Origin: Bacteroidota bacterium
GTDB taxonomy: Bacteria; Bacteroidota; Rhodothermia; Rhodothermales; JAHQVL01
Direction of reading: 5' to 3'
Length of the DNA: 64,000 nucleotides
Assembly (NCBI GenBank): GCA_039111535.1
Contig: JBCCIM010000001.1
Span: forward strand, 25,959-89,958
Position numbers and translations under genes: made by a program. Below the pieces are notes generated by a model that was not told where the DNA came from, ran no database searches, and saw only the letters and a list, made by a program, of their open reading frames with translations. Every line of letters begins with the position of its first letter. Position 1 is the stretch's first letter. Shown here piece after piece: positions 10,290 to 19,993 of the stretch.

Positions 10290-11078
10290 ATGTCGGCAGA
10301 CCCACAATTTCACGCAACGCTCGAAGCTGCTGCTGCTGCTTTCTCTGGCCATCTGGTGCAGCAGTTGGATTTGCTCGAAACAACTTGGCAGCACTTTCTC
10401 GAGAAAAGAGGGGAGGGAAGCATATCCCTGAACAGGTTAAACACCATTGCCCACAACCTGTACGGGCAAGGTACCTTTTTTGGCTACCCGGAAGTCACGC
10501 AGCTTGCCGGCAAACTCGTTGCCTCACTCAATATCTGTACACCAGAGCTAACGCCGCCAGCCCAGGAAATCCAGGCTTCCGTCGATCGCTACATCAACCA
10601 GTTAAAGCAGGCTGCGTTTGTTGACCAGGAGCAGCACAAGAACCTGTTCAGACAAGACACAATAACGGCAATAGAAAGCTATAAAGAATCGGTAGCGCCC
10701 AATGCATCGCCTCGGAAAATCCTGGTTATTGAAGATGCCGACCTGATGCGCCGGCACATAGTGTCGAGCTTTCAGCAAGCCGGCTTTTTGGTCTACGAAG
10801 CCGCTGGAGGTTTGCGTGGTATCGCGCTGGCCACCCAACATTTACCCGACCTGATTCTGCTGGACATCAAGATGCCCGAAGTGGACGGCTTTGCGGTCCA
10901 GCAAAAAATCCGAACCCATGACGACTTGTTCGATGTGCCGCTGATTTTTCTCACCTCACTGAGCCGCGTTACCATCGCACAAATCCAAACAGCCCTTGCG
11001 TACGGCGTAACCGATTACATCTCGAAACCATTCAACATGTCCCGACTCATCGAAAAAGTAAAATGCCACCTGACCTAA
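10290..11078 (+). CDS. Hpt-like domain fused to a response-regulator receiver domain
   Basis: The N-terminal ~110 aa carry an Hpt-like AHNLYGQGTFFGY (H-x-L-x-G) motif. The C-terminal REC domain has KILVIEDADLMRR and the phospho-acceptor context DLILLDIKMPEVDG. Confidence 0.8.
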   Translation: MSADPQFHATLEAAAAAFSGHLVQQLDLLETTWQHFLEKRGEGSISLNRLNTIAHNLYGQGTFFGYPEVTQLAGKLVASLNICTPELTPPAQEIQASVDRYINQLKQAAFVDQEQHKNLFRQDTITAIESYKESVAPNASPRKILVIEDADLMRRHIVSSFQQAGFLVYEAAGGLRGIALATQHLPDLILLDIKMPEVDGFAVQQKIRTHDDLFDVPLIFLTSLSRVTIAQIQTALAYGVTDYISKPFNMSRLIEKVKCHLT

Positions 11079-11748
11079 ATTAAAACAGGTGATGAGACCC
11101 TTCGTTTTGAAACCTACCGGTATCCCTTCAACCCTTACCTTGCGCAGTTTAACCGACCTCAATTCGCCTTCACTCGGGCAACGCAGCAATCACTTTCCTT
11201 ACCGCACAACCTTCCCTTTTTTGGATACCGGTCTACACACCGCAAAGACCTTCCACCCAAGCGCCACAACGCAACCAACCTCTTTATTGCCGCCCATGCG
11301 TTACGTGTTAGCGGGCATTAAGCGCTGTTTTAAAATGGAATGGGCCTGGCCAGTATCATCCTCGTTCCAAAACAGACACCCTCAAATACCTCCAAAAACG
11401 CCGTTTTACGGTAACCGTTACCAATTAAGCTACAGCAAAAGGGTCGCGAAAGGGGCTTTCAGGGCTGTTTGGATTTGAGCCGGCAGTTGTCTCAAATGCC
11501 GGCTTACGATAACGCGCATGTGATAGCGTACATCGAAACTGTGACGTTTCGGCCGGCGAAAACCAGGCACGTTGACCAAAGGCAACGGATCTTCAACTGT
11601 TTGGATTTATCCATTGCAAACCATAAGACCCACGACACCTGTCCGCGTCAATTTTTGTGACCAAAAATTGCCAGGTCATGGGGGCATGCAGCTGTTTGGA
11701 TTTCAGTCTGTTTGGATTTGAAGGTAACTGGTTTTGTAACCGATCACA

Positions 11749-13617
11749 CTAAACCTGGGTAGCAACAACACGGACCAATTCTTCGATAGACGTCTCGCCA
11801 AGCTTGACGTATTCGCGCGCAGAATCCTGAAGGGTCATCATGCCTTCTTCAACGGCAGTCTTGACAATGGCGGCTTCATTGATGTTCTCTTTGGAGTCTA
11901 CAATGATGCTCCGAATGGCCGGCGAAAATGCCAGGGTCTCCGTGATCGCGCGCCGGCCTTTGTATCCTTTACCTTTGCACTTTTTACAATTTTTGTTGTT
12001 GCCAGTTTTGTAGAAGGTATTGTCCTGGATTTCGTCATCGGTGAAGCCGATGCTCTTGAGCAGTTTGTTTGTTTGGGTTTTGTCGGGCACCTTGCACTTC
12101 GAGCACAGCCGGCGGATCAATCGCTGTGCAACCACGAGGTTAATCGCGTAAGCAATCAGGAAGGGCTCAACGCCCATTTTATACAGACGGCTAACAGCGC
12201 TTGCGGCATCATTGGTATGCAGCGTGGAGAAACACAAGTGGCCCGTATTTGCAAGCTTGATCGCCAGGTCGGCTGTTGGCTTGTCACGCATCTCCCCCAC
12301 CATCACAATATCCGGGTCGTGTCGGAGGATCGCGCGGATGGCACCATTCAAATCCAGCTTGTGACTCAGCTTGATCTGGCGTACCCCGTTGATGATGTAC
12401 TCCACCGGATCCTCAACCGTAAGTACGTTTACCTTCGGTGTCACCACCTGGTGCAAACAGGCAAACAGGGTTGTCGTTTTACCTGACCCGGTCGGACCGG
12501 TCAGGATAACCATGCCGTTTGGCTGCCGGATTGCATTGTTGAATCGATCCAGCGCTTGCTCCAACAAACCAAGCTGCCGGAGGTCGGTAATTACGTTTCG
12601 ATCATCAAGCACTCGAATAACGATGCTCTCAGATCTCACATCCTGCGAGGCGTTTGCAATGGGCAACACCGAGACACGAAATCGAATGAGCGTATCATCT
12701 ATCACGCGCTGAATAAATCCATCCTGTGCCGACTCGCGCTCGAAACGGTCGACGTTGAGCGAGTTGTCTTTTACAACAGCGAGAAAGGCTTCTGCATCAA
12801 ACCGCTTCTCCACATACCAGCAATCAAGCTGACCGTCAACGCGGAAATGGATTTCAATTTTGCGGTCTTTGTTAGGGAAGATGTGAATATCCGATACCCC
12901 TTTCCTAACAGCTTCCAGAATGGTCGCTTCAAAAAGGTTGATGAGCGACGAGCGTCCAATTTCTGCTTCGAGGGCGTCTTCATCGATGAGCCCGGTTGAC
13001 TTGGCAGCTTCAAACGAGGTCCCCAGGTCTAGTGCAGCATCTTCTCCATTTTCAACACGGTCCAGGTACTCGTTTTTCTCAATTACCGGGAAGCCCTCCT
13101 GGATCAGCGTAACAATATCTGATTCAGGGACAAACCGCAGTTCGTAATTCTTGATGCCACAGCCGCGCAGGATGCGAGAGACTTTGTTGTTTGTCGGATC
13201 GTGTGTAGCAAAGAGCCATGTATTCCCCTGCCGGCCGATGGGTGCCATGTGATGGTCGCGAAACATCTTCCAGGCTGTCTCAGAGAATGCCTCTTTTTGC
13301 TGCTGCACAAACCCGTACGTTTCAGCAGAAATCTTCCCTTCATCGAACGCATAGACCTCAGCTGCACAGGCATAGATTTCGTCTTTGTTGAGATCAGGAT
13401 CTTTTGCCAATACGCGCCACAAGGTATCCGCGGATGCAATCTCTCCCCCCTCTTTCCACTGCCTCCAGGCGTGCTCGATTTTCTCGATAGACACCAGTTG
13501 CTTGAAACTCATCATGATCACAACGCGATCACGCAATTCAAGCAAAGAAAATTCTTCGGCAGGTTGTTCTTCGGGAGCTGGTTTGGTTGCCTGCGTAACG
13601 GAACGGGCTAATTTCAT
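11749..13617 (-). CDS. GspE/PilB-family secretion/pilus ATPase
   Basis: Walker A GPTGSGKTTT, Walker B DPDIVMVGEMRD, His box GHLCFSTLHTNDA, tetracysteine CSKC..CKKC, and an N-terminal T2SSE_N-like domain. Confidence 0.9.
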   Translation of the reverse strand: MKLARSVTQATKPAPEEQPAEEFSLLELRDRVVIMMSFKQLVSIEKIEHAWRQWKEGGEIASADTLWRVLAKDPDLNKDEIYACAAEVYAFDEGKISAETYGFVQQQKEAFSETAWKMFRDHHMAPIGRQGNTWLFATHDPTNNKVSRILRGCGIKNYELRFVPESDIVTLIQEGFPVIEKNEYLDRVENGEDAALDLGTSFEAAKSTGLIDEDALEAEIGRSSLINLFEATILEAVRKGVSDIHIFPNKDRKIEIHFRVDGQLDCWYVEKRFDAEAFLAVVKDNSLNVDRFERESAQDGFIQRVIDDTLIRFRVSVLPIANASQDVRSESIVIRVLDDRNVITDLRQLGLLEQALDRFNNAIRQPNGMVILTGPTGSGKTTTLFACLHQVVTPKVNVLTVEDPVEYIINGVRQIKLSHKLDLNGAIRAILRHDPDIVMVGEMRDKPTADLAIKLANTGHLCFSTLHTNDAASAVSRLYKMGVEPFLIAYAINLVVAQRLIRRLCSKCKVPDKTQTNKLLKSIGFTDDEIQDNTFYKTGNNKNCKKCKGKGYKGRRAITETLAFSPAIRSIIVDSKENINEAAIVKTAVEEGMMTLQDSAREYVKLGETSIEELVRVVATQV

Positions 13618-13752
13618 AATCAGAAAGTCCTGGCACTCAGATGGTCGATTTCAACAGGCCGTTTACAGATGGATCGATGTGAATCGGCCTCTTAAAAGGA
13701 TCGGCTGAGGTACCCGGATCTATAGCCCTGTACCATAGGAATTCGCCCTCCC

Positions 13753-15132
13753 CTACTTTCCAATACAGAAACGGGAAAAGATTTGATCTAACACGTCTTC
13801 GTTGGTGATTTCGCCCGTTATGTGTCCCAACTCATGCAGTGCAACGCGCAGGTCGAGGGCAAGCGTATCTCCCGTTGCATCCATTGCCATTGCCTGCTGC
13901 GCAGAACGCACGGCGCCGAGCGCGTTTTCAAGGTGTGCCTGGTGTCGCTGATTCATCACGACAGGCGATGCTTCTATATTTTTCAGATCAGTGCCGGCAA
14001 TGGCGAGCATCTGGTCGATGAGGGGTTGTAGCAAGGATGCATCGTGCCGGCCCTTCTCAGACGAAAGCATCTGGTGCTCGGGGGTGGTTGCTGGTTTTGA
14101 TTTGCTTTCAGGCCACGCATCGAGCTTGTTGCCGATCAGAATAATGGGCAGATGCTCCTGGGATGCACGCATCGAAGTCAGCCACGCTTCCTCTTCCGCA
14201 TCGAGTCCGGTATTTATATCGTAGACGTAGAGCAGCAAGTCTGCTGATTCAATGGAGCGCTGCGCGCGGCGTACACCTTCTGCCTCAATCACATCCTGCG
14301 CATCGCGGAGGCCGGCGGTATCAACAAACCGAAACCGCAGGCCTTCTATTTCAACTTCCGCTTCAATTTCATCGCGGGTGGTACCCGGAATATTGCTCAC
14401 GATGGCCCTATCGCGTCCGGCCAGCGCATTGAGCAAGGTAGACTTCCCGGCATTTGGCCGGCCGCCTATTACAACCCGCACACCATCGCGCACCAGAACG
14501 CCCAATTGATAGGAACCAACCAGTGCTTCCAACAACACACGAATCTGCTCCAGCAAGGCTGTCAGGCGGTCCCGATCGACGAAGTCTACGTCCTCTTCTG
14601 AAAAATCCAGTTCCAGTTCAATGAAAGCGCACAGAGAAAGCAGTTCTTCTCGCAAGCCGGCCAACTGTTCAGCATACCTTCCCTGGATGTGGTGCAGCGA
14701 AACGCGGTGGGCCATCGTTGAAGAAGCATGGATGAGATCAGCAACGGCTTCTGCCTGCGTCAAATCCATTTTTCCGTTTAGGAAAGCCCGTTGCGTGAAT
14801 TCACCAGGATTGGCAAGGCGCGCACCGTGGTCTACCAGGGTCTTGAGGATAAACTGCGAGGCAAAGTCACCGCCATGGCAAGAGATTTCTACAACGTCTT
14901 CGCCAGTGACACTGCGGGGAGATTTGAACACGACCACGACAACCTGGTCAATATCAGTGCCAGCAGCATCCTGAATGTACCCAACGTGGGCGGTGTGGGA
15001 AGGGACCGTTTTGAGATCTTTGCCACGAAAACAGGCCCCGGCAATGGTACAGGCCTCGGGGCCCGACAGGCGAACAATGGCAAGGGCAGCCTCACCACGG
15101 GCCGTAGCAATTGCAGCGATGGTGTCGGACAT
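13753..15132 (-). CDS. mnmE: tRNA modification GTPase MnmE (TrmE)
   Basis: 459 aa. G1 GRPNAGKSTLLN, DTAGLR, NKLD, and the C-terminal FCIGK motif. Confidence 0.97.
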   Translation of the reverse strand: MSDTIAAIATARGEAALAIVRLSGPEACTIAGACFRGKDLKTVPSHTAHVGYIQDAAGTDIDQVVVVVFKSPRSVTGEDVVEISCHGGDFASQFILKTLVDHGARLANPGEFTQRAFLNGKMDLTQAEAVADLIHASSTMAHRVSLHHIQGRYAEQLAGLREELLSLCAFIELELDFSEEDVDFVDRDRLTALLEQIRVLLEALVGSYQLGVLVRDGVRVVIGGRPNAGKSTLLNALAGRDRAIVSNIPGTTRDEIEAEVEIEGLRFRFVDTAGLRDAQDVIEAEGVRRAQRSIESADLLLYVYDINTGLDAEEEAWLTSMRASQEHLPIILIGNKLDAWPESKSKPATTPEHQMLSSEKGRHDASLLQPLIDQMLAIAGTDLKNIEASPVVMNQRHQAHLENALGAVRSAQQAMAMDATGDTLALDLRVALHELGHITGEITNEDVLDQIFSRFCIGK

Positions 15133-15155
15133 ACGCGTTTGGGTTTGTCCGCTGT

Positions 15156-17009
15156 TTATCGCTTCACGCGAGGCGACTTGCCTTTTTGCCGGCCATTGGA
15201 GCGCCCGTTTTTCGAGCGACCATTTGTTTTGGATTTTGTAGCAGCTTTGCCTTTTGCGTTTTTGCGTGGCCCACCCTGCTCTTCTTCAAGCTTCTTCTCA
15301 GCTTCGATCGACTTGTTGATAAACTTCTGCTGAATCGCTGTAATTACGTTATAGCAGAGATAGTACAGGTTCAGACCAGATGCCCATTTGTTGAAGATGA
15401 AGAAAATCATCGCCGGCATCAGGTACATAATCATTTTCGCCTGCGGATTGGTCGACGGCGATGCCTGGATGCGCATCTGGATGATCATCGAAATACCCAT
15501 CAACATACAGAAACCAGCTACAAAGTCACCGTAAAGTGGTATTTCAAACGGCAAGCTCAGGATTTTGTCTGGTGCAGACAGGTCATTTGCCCAAAGGAAA
15601 CCCTGCTGGCGGATTTCGATCGACTGCGGCAAGAACTGCCACAACGCGATAATGATGGGGTACTGGAACAGCATCGGCATACAGCCCCCGAGCGGATTCA
15701 CACCGGAATCCCGGTAAAGCTTCATCGTCGCTTCCTGCTGCTTCTGAGGGTTATCCCCATACTTCTCCTTGAGCGCTTCGAGCTTCGGCTGCAGCTCACG
15801 CATTTGCGCCATGCTGCGGTAAGACTTCTTCGTAAGCGGGTATACGGCTCCTTTTATCAGGAAAGCCATGATAATGATGATGATACCGTAGCTTGGGATG
15901 TAATTATCCAGGAAGTTGAATACCGGGATAAAGACAAACTTGGCGATAGGCCGGGTCAGAAATTCGAAGAAGTCCCACCCGTAATCCACCATATCATACA
16001 GGCCAAGGTCGTAGGCAGATATGCGGCTGTATTCCATGGGGCCCAGGTAGAGGCGAAATTCGTCTACGTCGCCGGTAGCAGCCGGCATTTGCAGGCGGGC
16101 CTCGTAATCTTCCCGCATATCCGGATCTTCAAGCTCGCCAAAGCGCTCGCCAATGAGCTCGGCCCCGCGTGTATCGCCGGAAGGAATCACAATCGCGGCA
16201 AAATACTGGTTCTTTACGCCAATCCAGGAAACCGAGCCCCGGACGTCTTCTTCTTCGTAGTTCTCGCCGTCGAGGGTAATGCCAACAACATCTTTGCCGG
16301 CGCGGGCATAGCTGGCGGTTTTGATGGCTTCCGTTTCGTGGTCACCTTCAGAGAACGGCACCCCGCCATCCCAAAAGAGATCGTATCCTTCGCGGGTAGA
16401 GAATGAGAGGGCATCTTCCTGTTGAAGGGAAAGGCCAACTTCATAGCTGCCCGGGGTGAACGTATACGTCTGTATAATGCGCCCCTCCCCTACCTGTACA
16501 GCAAACTGCAGGGTTGCCGGGTCGTCACCTTCATCCAGGCGAATAACATCGCCGTTTAAGTCAGTTTCAAAAAAGAAAGACCGCGTATCAACATTGCGGC
16601 TCGATGGGGTTGTAAAGAACAGACCAAGTGAGCCTACTTTAGTGGTATCAACGATATTGATTGGCGTTTCCTGGTCAAACTGTTTGAAGTTTTTCAGTTC
16701 AAAAGAAACCAGGGTGGCGCCTTTTGTGGAGAATTGGGCTTCGTAGAGGTCAGTTTCTACGGTAATAATGCGTGCTTCACCAGTTTGCGCGGCGGCAGTT
16801 GTAGAATCAACGACAACGGGTGGCGCTGCTTGCAGCGTGGGCTCCTGGGCACGCTCTTCTTCGGCCTGGAGTGGGATTTGTTCAGTAACGAGGGTAGAAT
16901 CAGCACCTGGGCCTTCACCGGGAGGCGGCAAAGGCGGGGTGATGAAATAGAACCATACCAGCAGAATCAGGGTGATGAGTACGGTTGCAGTGACTACGTT
17001 GCGATCCAA
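15156..17009 (-). CDS. yidC: Membrane protein insertase YidC
   Basis: 617 aa. Large periplasmic N-domain, 60KD_IMP core (GGCMPMLFQYPIIIALWQF) and a basic C-terminal tail. Synteny is rpmH-rnpA-yidC-mnmE. Confidence 0.96.
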   Translation of the reverse strand: MDRNVVTATVLITLILLVWFYFITPPLPPPGEGPGADSTLVTEQIPLQAEEERAQEPTLQAAPPVVVDSTTAAAQTGEARIITVETDLYEAQFSTKGATLVSFELKNFKQFDQETPINIVDTTKVGSLGLFFTTPSSRNVDTRSFFFETDLNGDVIRLDEGDDPATLQFAVQVGEGRIIQTYTFTPGSYEVGLSLQQEDALSFSTREGYDLFWDGGVPFSEGDHETEAIKTASYARAGKDVVGITLDGENYEEEDVRGSVSWIGVKNQYFAAIVIPSGDTRGAELIGERFGELEDPDMREDYEARLQMPAATGDVDEFRLYLGPMEYSRISAYDLGLYDMVDYGWDFFEFLTRPIAKFVFIPVFNFLDNYIPSYGIIIIIMAFLIKGAVYPLTKKSYRSMAQMRELQPKLEALKEKYGDNPQKQQEATMKLYRDSGVNPLGGCMPMLFQYPIIIALWQFLPQSIEIRQQGFLWANDLSAPDKILSLPFEIPLYGDFVAGFCMLMGISMIIQMRIQASPSTNPQAKMIMYLMPAMIFFIFNKWASGLNLYYLCYNVITAIQQKFINKSIEAEKKLEEEQGGPRKNAKGKAATKSKTNGRSKNGRSNGRQKGKSPRVKR

Positions 17010-17088
17010 AGTCTTGTCCTTTTTAGTCCACGCGGCCTTGTAAATGGGCCGTAAGTCGTTGTTCTACCTGTAGTTTAAGGAGAAAGGT

Positions 17089-17529
17089 TCAATCGGGCGT
17101 GTAGCCTTCTTGAATTTTCCTGACAAGCGACGAAAAAGCGGTGGGTATATGCCGGGGGATTTGCTGCGCAGCAGCGTCGAGGCTCCCCCTGAAAATAACC
17201 ATGATGGTCAATGTGGTACCAGGCTGGCTTGCGCATGCATCGAGCAGCATATGCTGGTTGCGCCTGAAAGCCTCGCGCATGTGCCGCTTCAGGGCATTGC
17301 GGTCGACGGCTCGTTTGATACCTCTGCCGGTGGTAAATCCAATTTGCAGGGGTACCGAAGCTGCAAGCTCATCCGGGGCTACTTGTCTGAATACAAGGCG
17401 GATGCAGCCGGCAGTAACGGTTTGGACGTCCTGTCTGTGTCGATCAAAAAGGGGACGAATGAGGCGTTTCCGCTTGAGGCGAAAGCCAGGGGGGAACGAT
17501 AGTCGACGAACTGACGGGTCCTGTGCCAC
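17089..17529 (-). CDS. rnpA: Ribonuclease P protein component
   Basis: Basic 146-aa protein located between rpmH and yidC. FRLKRKRLIRPLF is the typical RnpA N-terminal region. The exact start is uncertain. Confidence 0.85.
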   Translation of the reverse strand: MAQDPSVRRLSFPPGFRLKRKRLIRPLFDRHRQDVQTVTAGCIRLVFRQVAPDELAASVPLQIGFTTGRGIKRAVDRNALKRHMREAFRRNQHMLLDACASQPGTTLTIMVIFRGSLDAAAQQIPRHIPTAFSSLVRKIQEGYTPD

Positions 17530-17543
17530 ACCGGGCGCCGGGC

Positions 17544-17699
17544 TTATTTACCGCTGCGAGTATCGCTAACAGTGAGAACTTTACGACCTTTTGCACGCCG
17601 GCGGGCGAGCAGTTTGCGTCCGTTTTTTGTAGCCATACGAGAGCGGAAGCCATGTTTGTTGGCGCGCTTGCGTCGGCTGGGCTGGTAAGTGCGTTTCAT
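17544..17699 (-). CDS. rpmH: 50S ribosomal protein L34
   Basis: Absent from the ORF track because it is only 51 aa. My own translation is [51 protein letters not shown], the canonical L34 sequence. Confidence 0.95.
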   Translation of the reverse strand: MKRTYQPSRRKRANKHGFRSRMATKNGRKLLARRRAKGRKVLTVSDTRSGK

Positions 17700-17882
17700 T
17701 GATCTAAATTCAGCTGAATGATCCTGCTTCTTAAAAAGAGAGCAGGGTTTAATGCACTGCCCCCCGCCGGGTTTCGCCCTTCTCCCCTGTTTAACGAATT
17801 CTCAGGATTTGGAAACTTTTATTGTAAAGGTTAAGTTTATCGCCCTCTTTCAAAGGTATGCTGACATTGCCTTTTGATATTG

Positions 17883-17956
17883 GGGCGATTAGCTCAGCTG
17901 GTTAGAGCGCCTGCCTTACAAGCAGGAGGTCACTGGTTCGAATCCAGTATCGCCCA
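17883..17956 (+). tRNA. tRNA-Val (anticodon TAC)
   Basis: Hand-folded cloverleaf. Acceptor GGGCGAT/ATCGCCC, D arm GCTC..GAGC, anticodon stem CCTGC/GCAGG with loop CTTACAA, T arm ACTGG-TTCGAAT-CCAGT. No CCA is encoded. Confidence 0.93.
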
Positions 17957-17960
17957 CTTG

Positions 17961-17998
17961 AAGCCTTGCAAACACCGTTTGTGAGGCTTTTTTGTTTT
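17961..17998 (+). terminator. Rho-independent terminator after tRNA-Val
   Basis: AAGCCTTGCAAAC-ACC-GTTTGTGAGGCTT hairpin followed by TTTTTGTTTT. Confidence 0.7.
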
Positions 17999-18095
17999 CA
18001 ATCGGATCACACAGCATCTCTCGCCCACAGATCCTCACCCGCCAAGGGTAACGACCGTTCAACAGTTCACCCTAACCATTGTATAATCGGCATGC

Positions 18096-18566
18096 TTAAT
18101 CATGCCCTTGCGCGTGACTTCCATGATCAGAAAGTTGTGCATCGAACCAATGATGAATCGCTTCTACCAGCACGGTTTCCTCGCTCGTATAGAGAATTTG
18201 ACCGCCATTCTCGATTTCACTGTACGATATATCGAGTTGCTCGTGCCCCATCGCCAGTGCATGAAGACCCGGCATGTTGTGGCCGTGGATCATGGCGGGT
18301 TCGTGGAAATCCCCCGCAGCAAACTTGCCGGCAATTTCCTGCAAATGGGCGCGGATCAGTGCAACCTCTGAAGCATCGCCGTCATCCGAGTATACTTGCT
18401 GCAAACCACCATCTTCCCGTTTGTCGAATACGTGGGTGGAACGGTCCAGCTCGAATGGCATCACTTCCGCTCCGCGTTCAGCAACAGCTTCTTGGCGGGC
18501 AGGATCAGGTGCTTTCTGACAACCCGCAGTCAGCATCAAAAAAAGCAGCATCACAATTCTAGCCAT
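18096..18566 (-). CDS. Hypothetical His-rich lipoprotein
   Basis: Start chosen at MARIVMLLFLMLTAGC (lipobox). His-rich segments include HGHNMPGLHALAMGH and the C-terminal HGSHAQGHD. I do not recognise the family. Confidence 0.65.
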   Translation of the reverse strand: MARIVMLLFLMLTAGCQKAPDPARQEAVAERGAEVMPFELDRSTHVFDKREDGGLQQVYSDDGDASEVALIRAHLQEIAGKFAAGDFHEPAMIHGHNMPGLHALAMGHEQLDISYSEIENGGQILYTSEETVLVEAIHHWFDAQLSDHGSHAQGHD

Positions 18567-18840
18567 TGTTGCCTGGTTGTGGTTTGTTTTTTGTTGGCCG
18601 AATGAACCAGCTCGCAGGACTGCACCATCAGACTGCAATACTGCACTTTTCTTCCAGAGATATTAAAGGCATTACGATCCTTCACACAGCACTATCCGTG
18701 TGCGTGCTCATCCTCAACGCCAGGCTTCTCCTCGAAAGGTTCACCATTTTTGCCCAACAAGTGGTAGTACACTTGACAACACAAGCGAAATCGCCAACAA
18801 ACGGTAAATTTATCGATATGCTCTGCCTTTGCGAAGCAAT

Positions 18841-18993
18841 CTACTTCCGTTTTGTACGCTCAATAAAAGAAATAGCAGACAGTTTCTTGTCGTCAGCCAG
18901 CATTTTCTCCACAACTTTCTTTCGCGTCATTATCGTAACCAGCCGCCGGAAAACCTCAAGGGCTTCAGTGTATTGGCGATCGGGGCGATTCAT
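18841..18993 (-). CDS. Possible small protein (50 aa)
   Basis: Hand-translated ORF below the track cutoff: MNRPDRQYTEALEVFRRLVTIMTRKKVVEKMLADDKKLSAISFIERTKRK. Same strand as its neighbours. No homology recognised. Confidence 0.25.
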   Translation of the reverse strand: MNRPDRQYTEALEVFRRLVTIMTRKKVVEKMLADDKKLSAISFIERTKRK

Positions 18994-19141
18994 TTGGGTA
19001 GGGGTTTAGTTTGAATGCCGAGTTTCGAATGCCGAATGGGGATTGTACAATATCGGGTTATGCCAAGGAAACATCAAAATTTTCAATCCGATTTAGGCAC
19101 TGCGCTCAATTCTTAACGCATTCAGCCTGGAAAACGGGCTG

Positions 19142-19993
19142 TCAAACGTCAGTTTTGGAATCAGCGGCACCAAAAATACCAAATCGTTTTTTGTGCTTGC
19201 CTTCAGCCGGCCGTTTTTTGAACAGCCATGAAATGGGTGACAACCGGTCGGATTTACGGCGAGGCTTTGGCAATTCTCCGGGTACAGCTTTTTCATCCGG
19301 GTTGCCTTCTTTGGCAACTTCCACGGGCCAGGGGCGAAACTCGGGGAAAGCCGGAATCTCTCTGGAAACAGGGACATAGGTGCGCGGCTGCGCCGGCTGC
19401 TCCCTGTTTACTGCGCCGAGAAAGACCTGGGCCTTCTCCTTCATCCAGGCGTCGTGGTCAACGCCAAGAAAATCTGCTGTCAACTGGTGTTGCACAACAT
19501 TGGCCGGCAAGAAGCGCTGTGCCTCTTCAGGTTCAGCCTGCTTGTAAAAACGGATACCCTGTTCAGTATAGAGCCACTGCACAAACCGATCAAGTGTGGC
19601 TTTTTCGTGCCGGCGCACCGCCAGTTTGCACTGTATGGGTTCGGTGTGCGGGTCAACCCCGTATTGTTTTTCCAGATAGTGGTAAACCCAACGTTTACCC
19701 TGGGTCACAGCTTCTGCAACGATGGTTTTTGATGGAAACACAAAAAAGAATCCCGCATCATCGTTGTGGCTAGAGGCTTCCAGTACAAGTTTATAGTGAC
19801 CGGTTGCCCGTACGGTAGCAACAATACCATACCCAAATCCGTGCCCGCCCAATTTGGAGAGGCTACGTAATTCAACAGTGGCAAATACATCATTCAACAG
19901 CAAAATCGAGTGATCTCCCTTCTCAGGTACAATCACAACCATGCCGTTCTGGCGCGCTGTATCTCGATCCAGTGCGTTTTGATTCGCATACAT
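19142..19993 (-). CDS. Hypothetical protein (283 aa)
   Basis: Long ORF with protein-like composition and a basic, disordered C-terminal tail. No domain recognised. Confidence 0.65.
   Translation of the reverse strand: MYANQNALDRDTARQNGMVVIVPEKGDHSILLLNDVFATVELRSLSKLGGHGFGYGIVATVRATGHYKLVLEASSHNDDAGFFFVFPSKTIVAEAVTQGKRWVYHYLEKQYGVDPHTEPIQCKLAVRRHEKATLDRFVQWLYTEQGIRFYKQAEPEEAQRFLPANVVQHQLTADFLGVDHDAWMKEKAQVFLGAVNREQPAQPRTYVPVSREIPAFPEFRPWPVEVAKEGNPDEKAVPGELPKPRRKSDRLSPISWLFKKRPAEGKHKKRFGIFGAADSKTDV

Noticed and set aside
11089-11478. 129-aa + strand ORF in the gap after the receiver gene.
   Set aside because: It is Pro/Thr/Ser/Leu-rich with no motifs. It simply follows the C-rich, G-poor strand composition, and no start-site context supports it.
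11465-11719. Four copies of CTGTTTGGATTT considered as a degenerate CRISPR array.
   Set aside because: The repeat is only 12 nt. Spacings are irregular (120, 83 and 4 nt between copies), and no cas genes are present.
11079-11748. Whether the large gap hides RNase P RNA, tmRNA, SRP RNA or 6S RNA.
   Set aside because: I could not find the universal RNase P motif (GGAAAGTCCGGGC-like), a tRNA-like 3' end with a tag reading frame (tmRNA), or the SRP domain IV motif. An Infernal scan would settle this.
15111-16406. 431-aa + strand ORF, the longest unexplained ORF in the track.
   Set aside because: It lies entirely antisense to yidC, which has unmistakable family motifs. Its sequence is Arg/His/Leu-rich and low-complexity, typical of a shadow ORF on the opposite strand of a real gene.
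17444-17653. 69-aa minus-strand track ORF near rnpA.
   Set aside because: It is out of frame with and overlaps the canonical L34 gene (17544-17699), which the track missed because it is only 51 aa.
17957-18030. tRNA-Val as an integration site for the 18-20 kb hypothetical genes.
   Set aside because: The only downstream match to the tRNA 3' end is 8 nt (TCGCCCAC at about 18021). There is no integrase and no longer direct repeat.
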